From: Escherichia phage vB_EcoM_PTE-Eco05
Sequence record: PQ306573.1
DNA: 64,000 nucleotides
Direction: 5' to 3' (one strand)
A program made the position numbers and the translations under genes. Shown one piece after another: positions 61,219-64,000 of the stretch. Numbering within the stretch: position 1 is the first letter of the stretch; each line of letters opens with the position of its first letter. The notes under the pieces are model-generated. The model ran no database searches and had not been told where the DNA came from. It saw only the letters and a list, made by a program, of their open reading frames with translations.

Positions 61219-61287
61219 CGTTTTTAAAGCATACAAAACACAACTTGAGATTGATGTATATAATGGCACAAACCAAATAATACGGGA

Positions 61288-61488
61288 TTGATTATGAGAG
61301 CTGAAGTTGAAGTTTATACATTACATGAGGCGGGATTTTCATTCGTAGAAATTGCTCAAAAAATTGGTTTACAACCTAAAGAAGTTGGATTACTATGGAC
61401 TAAAGCCGAGACAGCTCGGTCAAAGTTTAAAGCAAAAGAAAAAGTTGTATACCGTAAACGTTTGATTAACAAAAAGGTGAAGAAATGA
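61288..61488 (+). CDS. Hypothetical small basic protein
   Basis: 66-aa ORF. Confidence 0.4.
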   Translation: MIMRAEVEVYTLHEAGFSFVEIAQKIGLQPKEVGLLWTKAETARSKFKAKEKVVYRKRLINKKVKK

Positions 61489-61736
61489 GTTTTGCACAGG
61501 AATTAAGAGAAAGGGCTCTGGCCACTAAAGCTAATTTGTTGAGTGATTTTATTACTAACTTCTCTGCGATGGCAGAGAAAGCCGCTGACAAAGGTCAGAC
61601 ACAATTCACGTACTACCCGTCAAAGAACGATTTAACTATAACTGAACAAGTCGGTCAATGGCTTCGTGATAACGGCTTTCAGTACAAAATTAATCACGAC
61701 CAGCGTGATGGTCATTGGATAGAAATCAAGTTCTAA
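61485..61736 (+). CDS. Hypothetical protein
   Basis: 83-aa ORF coupled (ATGA). Confidence 0.4.
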   Translation: MSFAQELRERALATKANLLSDFITNFSAMAEKAADKGQTQFTYYPSKNDLTITEQVGQWLRDNGFQYKINHDQRDGHWIEIKF

Positions 61737-61855
61737 TATGCTTTACATTTTTTGATGGTATAATGAATCTAGGTTCTATCCATTCAAATTAAACATTGGG
61801 CCGAAGATAGAGTCTCTGCTAATTATTTTGATATTATTATTTATAATGGTGATTT

Positions 61856-62854
61856 ATGTTTAAGAAATACAGCAGTCTTGAAAACCACTACAACTCTAAG
61901 TTTATTGAAAAACTCTACACTAATGGTTTGACTACTGGTGTTTGGGTAGCACGTGAGAAAATCCATGGGACCAACTTCTCGTTAATAATTGAACGTGACA
62001 ACGTCACATGCGCCAAGCGCACAGGCCCTATTCTTCCAGCAGAAGATTTTTATGGTTATGAAATCGTACTCAAGAAGTATGATAAAGCTATTAAAGCCGT
62101 TCAGAAATTCATGTACACAGCTCGAGCCGTATCATATCAAGTATTCGGTGAATTCGCTGGTGGTGGAATCCAGAAAGGTGTTGACTATGGTGAAAAAGAT
62201 TTTTATGTGTTCGATATCCTTATCAATACAGAAAGTGGTGATAATACGTATTTGACTGATTACGAAATGCAAGATTTCTGTAATGAATTCGGTTTTAAAA
62301 TGGCACCAATGCTTGGTCGTGGCACATTTGATGCTCTTATCATGATTCCAAACGACCTTGATTCTGTCTTAGCCGTTTATAATGCTACAGCGTCAGAAGA
62401 CCTTGTCGAAGCAAATAATTGCGTATTTGATGCTAATGTTATTGGTGATAATACTGCGGAAGGTTATGTTCTGAAGCCTTGTTTCCCTAAATGGCTGCCA
62501 AACGGTACTCGTGTAGCTATTAAGTGCAAGAACTCTAAATTCAGTGAAAAGAAAAAGTCTGATAAGCCTATTAAAACTCAGGTTCAATTAACCGAAATTG
62601 ACAAAAACTTGCTTGATGTTCTAGCTTGTTATGTTACATTAAATCGTGTTAATAATGTTATTTCTAAGATTGGGACTGTAACGCCAAAAGATTTTGGCAA
62701 AGTGATGGGATTGACTGTTCAAGATATTCTGGAAGAAACTTCTCGTGAAGGTATTGTATTAACATCATCTGATAATCCGAATCTTGTTAAGAAAGAATTA
62801 GTCCGAATGGTGCAAGATGTTCTGCGTCCTGCATGGATTGAATTAGTATCATAA
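61856..62854 (+). CDS. rnlB: RNA ligase 2
   Basis: 332 aa; [12 protein letters not shown] start, nucleotidyltransferase KIHGTN lysine motif. Confidence 0.92.
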   Translation: MFKKYSSLENHYNSKFIEKLYTNGLTTGVWVAREKIHGTNFSLIIERDNVTCAKRTGPILPAEDFYGYEIVLKKYDKAIKAVQKFMYTARAVSYQVFGEFAGGGIQKGVDYGEKDFYVFDILINTESGDNTYLTDYEMQDFCNEFGFKMAPMLGRGTFDALIMIPNDLDSVLAVYNATASEDLVEANNCVFDANVIGDNTAEGYVLKPCFPKWLPNGTRVAIKCKNSKFSEKKKSDKPIKTQVQLTEIDKNLLDVLACYVTLNRVNNVISKIGTVTPKDFGKVMGLTVQDILEETSREGIVLTSSDNPNLVKKELVRMVQDVLRPAWIELVS

Positions 62855-62856
62855 CG

Positions 62857-62882
62857 AAAAAGGGACCGTAAGGTCCCTTTTT
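62857..62882. terminator. Bidirectional terminator between rnlB (+) and gene 24 (-)
   Basis: AAAAA-GGGACC-GTAA-GGTCCC-TTTTT. Confidence 0.7.
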
Positions 62883-62885
62883 CGT

Positions 62886-64000
62886 TTATTCATCTATAAT
62901 AATTTTAGGCAATTTAACACCGAGTAAAACAGACAAGTCTGAACGTCCCGCCATTTTATCCATGTCCCCGCCATCAATTATTCTCGCTTCTTTTTCATCT
63001 TTTGCTACTGTGTAAGGATTTGCTGATAAAGCGTATCTAACCAATAAACCAATAGACGGTTGCAAGCTTTCTGGATCAACTACAACTTTAAAAGCACCGA
63101 CATGTTCCGGGTCATCTAAATCTACTCCTTCAGTGTATGGAGCATAAAAGATGGACCCTACAATTTCTTTTTCGCCGATATTTTCTACAACACCCACAAT
63201 AACATAATCTAACGGACTGTTGGTATCGCAGTAAAGAGGTAATCCATTTGCCAAGAATCCATAAGCATTTTGTGAAAGATACTTGTCATCTTCGGGCTTA
63301 TGTTTTAACCAACCAGAAGCAGCAAGAATAGCAGCTGCACGAGCTGAGGCTACACAAAACGTCGCAGTATAAGTTGACTCTTTTTGAATGTGTGATACCA
63401 TTTCACACACCATTCGATATAATGAACGACCTGCTTCTGGAGCTGATGCATAGCTCAAGTCAATAAATCCAGTGTCAGTAATTCCAGTAACTTTATAACG
63501 TTTCGATACAGTAATTAAAGACTGAAGAATATCTTTATTAATTTCATCTGCCATTTCAGTAGCAAGCAAATCTTCTAAGAAGTTAGGGGCATCAAATCCA
63601 TTCGCTTCCAAATCTTGCGCTAATTCAACCGTGAGACCAGTTTTAAGTTTACGAGATTTGACTGAAGTTTGCCATTTATTAATCTGGAATCTTGCATCAG
63701 AAATTTCGCTACCAGAGCTTTCAAATTTGCTTGTTACCGCTGCATCTGAAAATAACCGTACCTTTAAATGAACGACTGCAATCTGAAGAGCTAATTCTAG
63801 ATCACTTTCTTGAATATCTGCAAATGGTGTATCTTCTAACACTTTATAGACGATATTATTATATTTGAAAAAATCGCCTTTATTTAGTGTGACTTTTGAT
63901 TCTTCTGTGAGCTCAGTAATTTTTTCTCGGTCTACATATCCAACTTCACCCGCATAAGTAGCGCCAGTTTTAAATGTGAATTCGTTATCTGGGTTAAGAT
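62886..64000 (-). CDS. 24: Head vertex protein gp24, 3' portion (N-terminus beyond window end)
   Basis: Open - strand frame runs to the window edge; major-capsid-like fold region; follows rnlB as in T4. Confidence 0.75.
   Translation of the reverse strand, partial: LNPDNEFTFKTGATYAGEVGYVDREKITELTEESKVTLNKGDFFKYNNIVYKVLEDTPFADIQESDLELALQIAVVHLKVRLFSDAAVTSKFESSGSEISDARFQINKWQTSVKSRKLKTGLTVELAQDLEANGFDAPNFLEDLLATEMADEINKDILQSLITVSKRYKVTGITDTGFIDLSYASAPEAGRSLYRMVCEMVSHIQKESTYTATFCVASARAAAILAASGWLKHKPEDDKYLSQNAYGFLANGLPLYCDTNSPLDYVIVGVVENIGEKEIVGSIFYAPYTEGVDLDDPEHVGAFKVVVDPESLQPSIGLLVRYALSANPYTVAKDEKEARIIDGGDMDKMAGRSDLSVLLGVKLPKIIIDE

Overview
This window is a contiguous segment of a T4-like (T-even, Tequatrovirus-type) myovirus genome, in reverse-complement orientation relative to the usual T4 map, running from rIIA to the 3' part of gene 24. 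All identifications rest on reading the supplied six-frame translations against remembered T4 protein sequences, motifs and gene order; no database search was run. Recognisable blocks in order: rIIA-rIIB-(denB)-ndd-52-motA-asiA (early, + strand); t-38-37-36-35-34 (lysis and long tail fibre, - strand); rnh-dsbA-33-59-32-frd-td-nrdA-nrdB-denA-rnlA-alc-pseT-cd-31-rIII-30-alt (+ strand); baseplate genes 54-48-29-28-27-51 (- strand); then 26-25-uvsY, uvsW (-), inh?, hoc, rnlB and gene 24 (-, partial). Two group I introns are present: td with I-TevI, and nrdB with a full-length 269-aa I-TevIII. The most unusual features are (1) nrdA split into two separately translatable ORFs by a free-standing HNH endonuclease gene, with the break between the catalytic-cysteine motifs, (2) a full-length class I DAHP synthase (AroG/AroF-like) gene immediately upstream of cd, and (3) a T2-type distal tail fibre module (gp37 with a C-terminal self-cleaving chaperone domain plus a glycine-rich gp38 adhesin). 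The sequence also shows a family of GTTTAC-N18-TAnnAT early promoters, TATAAATA late promoters (one perfectly palindromic and shared by genes 51 and 26) and many UUCG-tetraloop hairpins. No tRNA, rRNA or CRISPR array was recognised.
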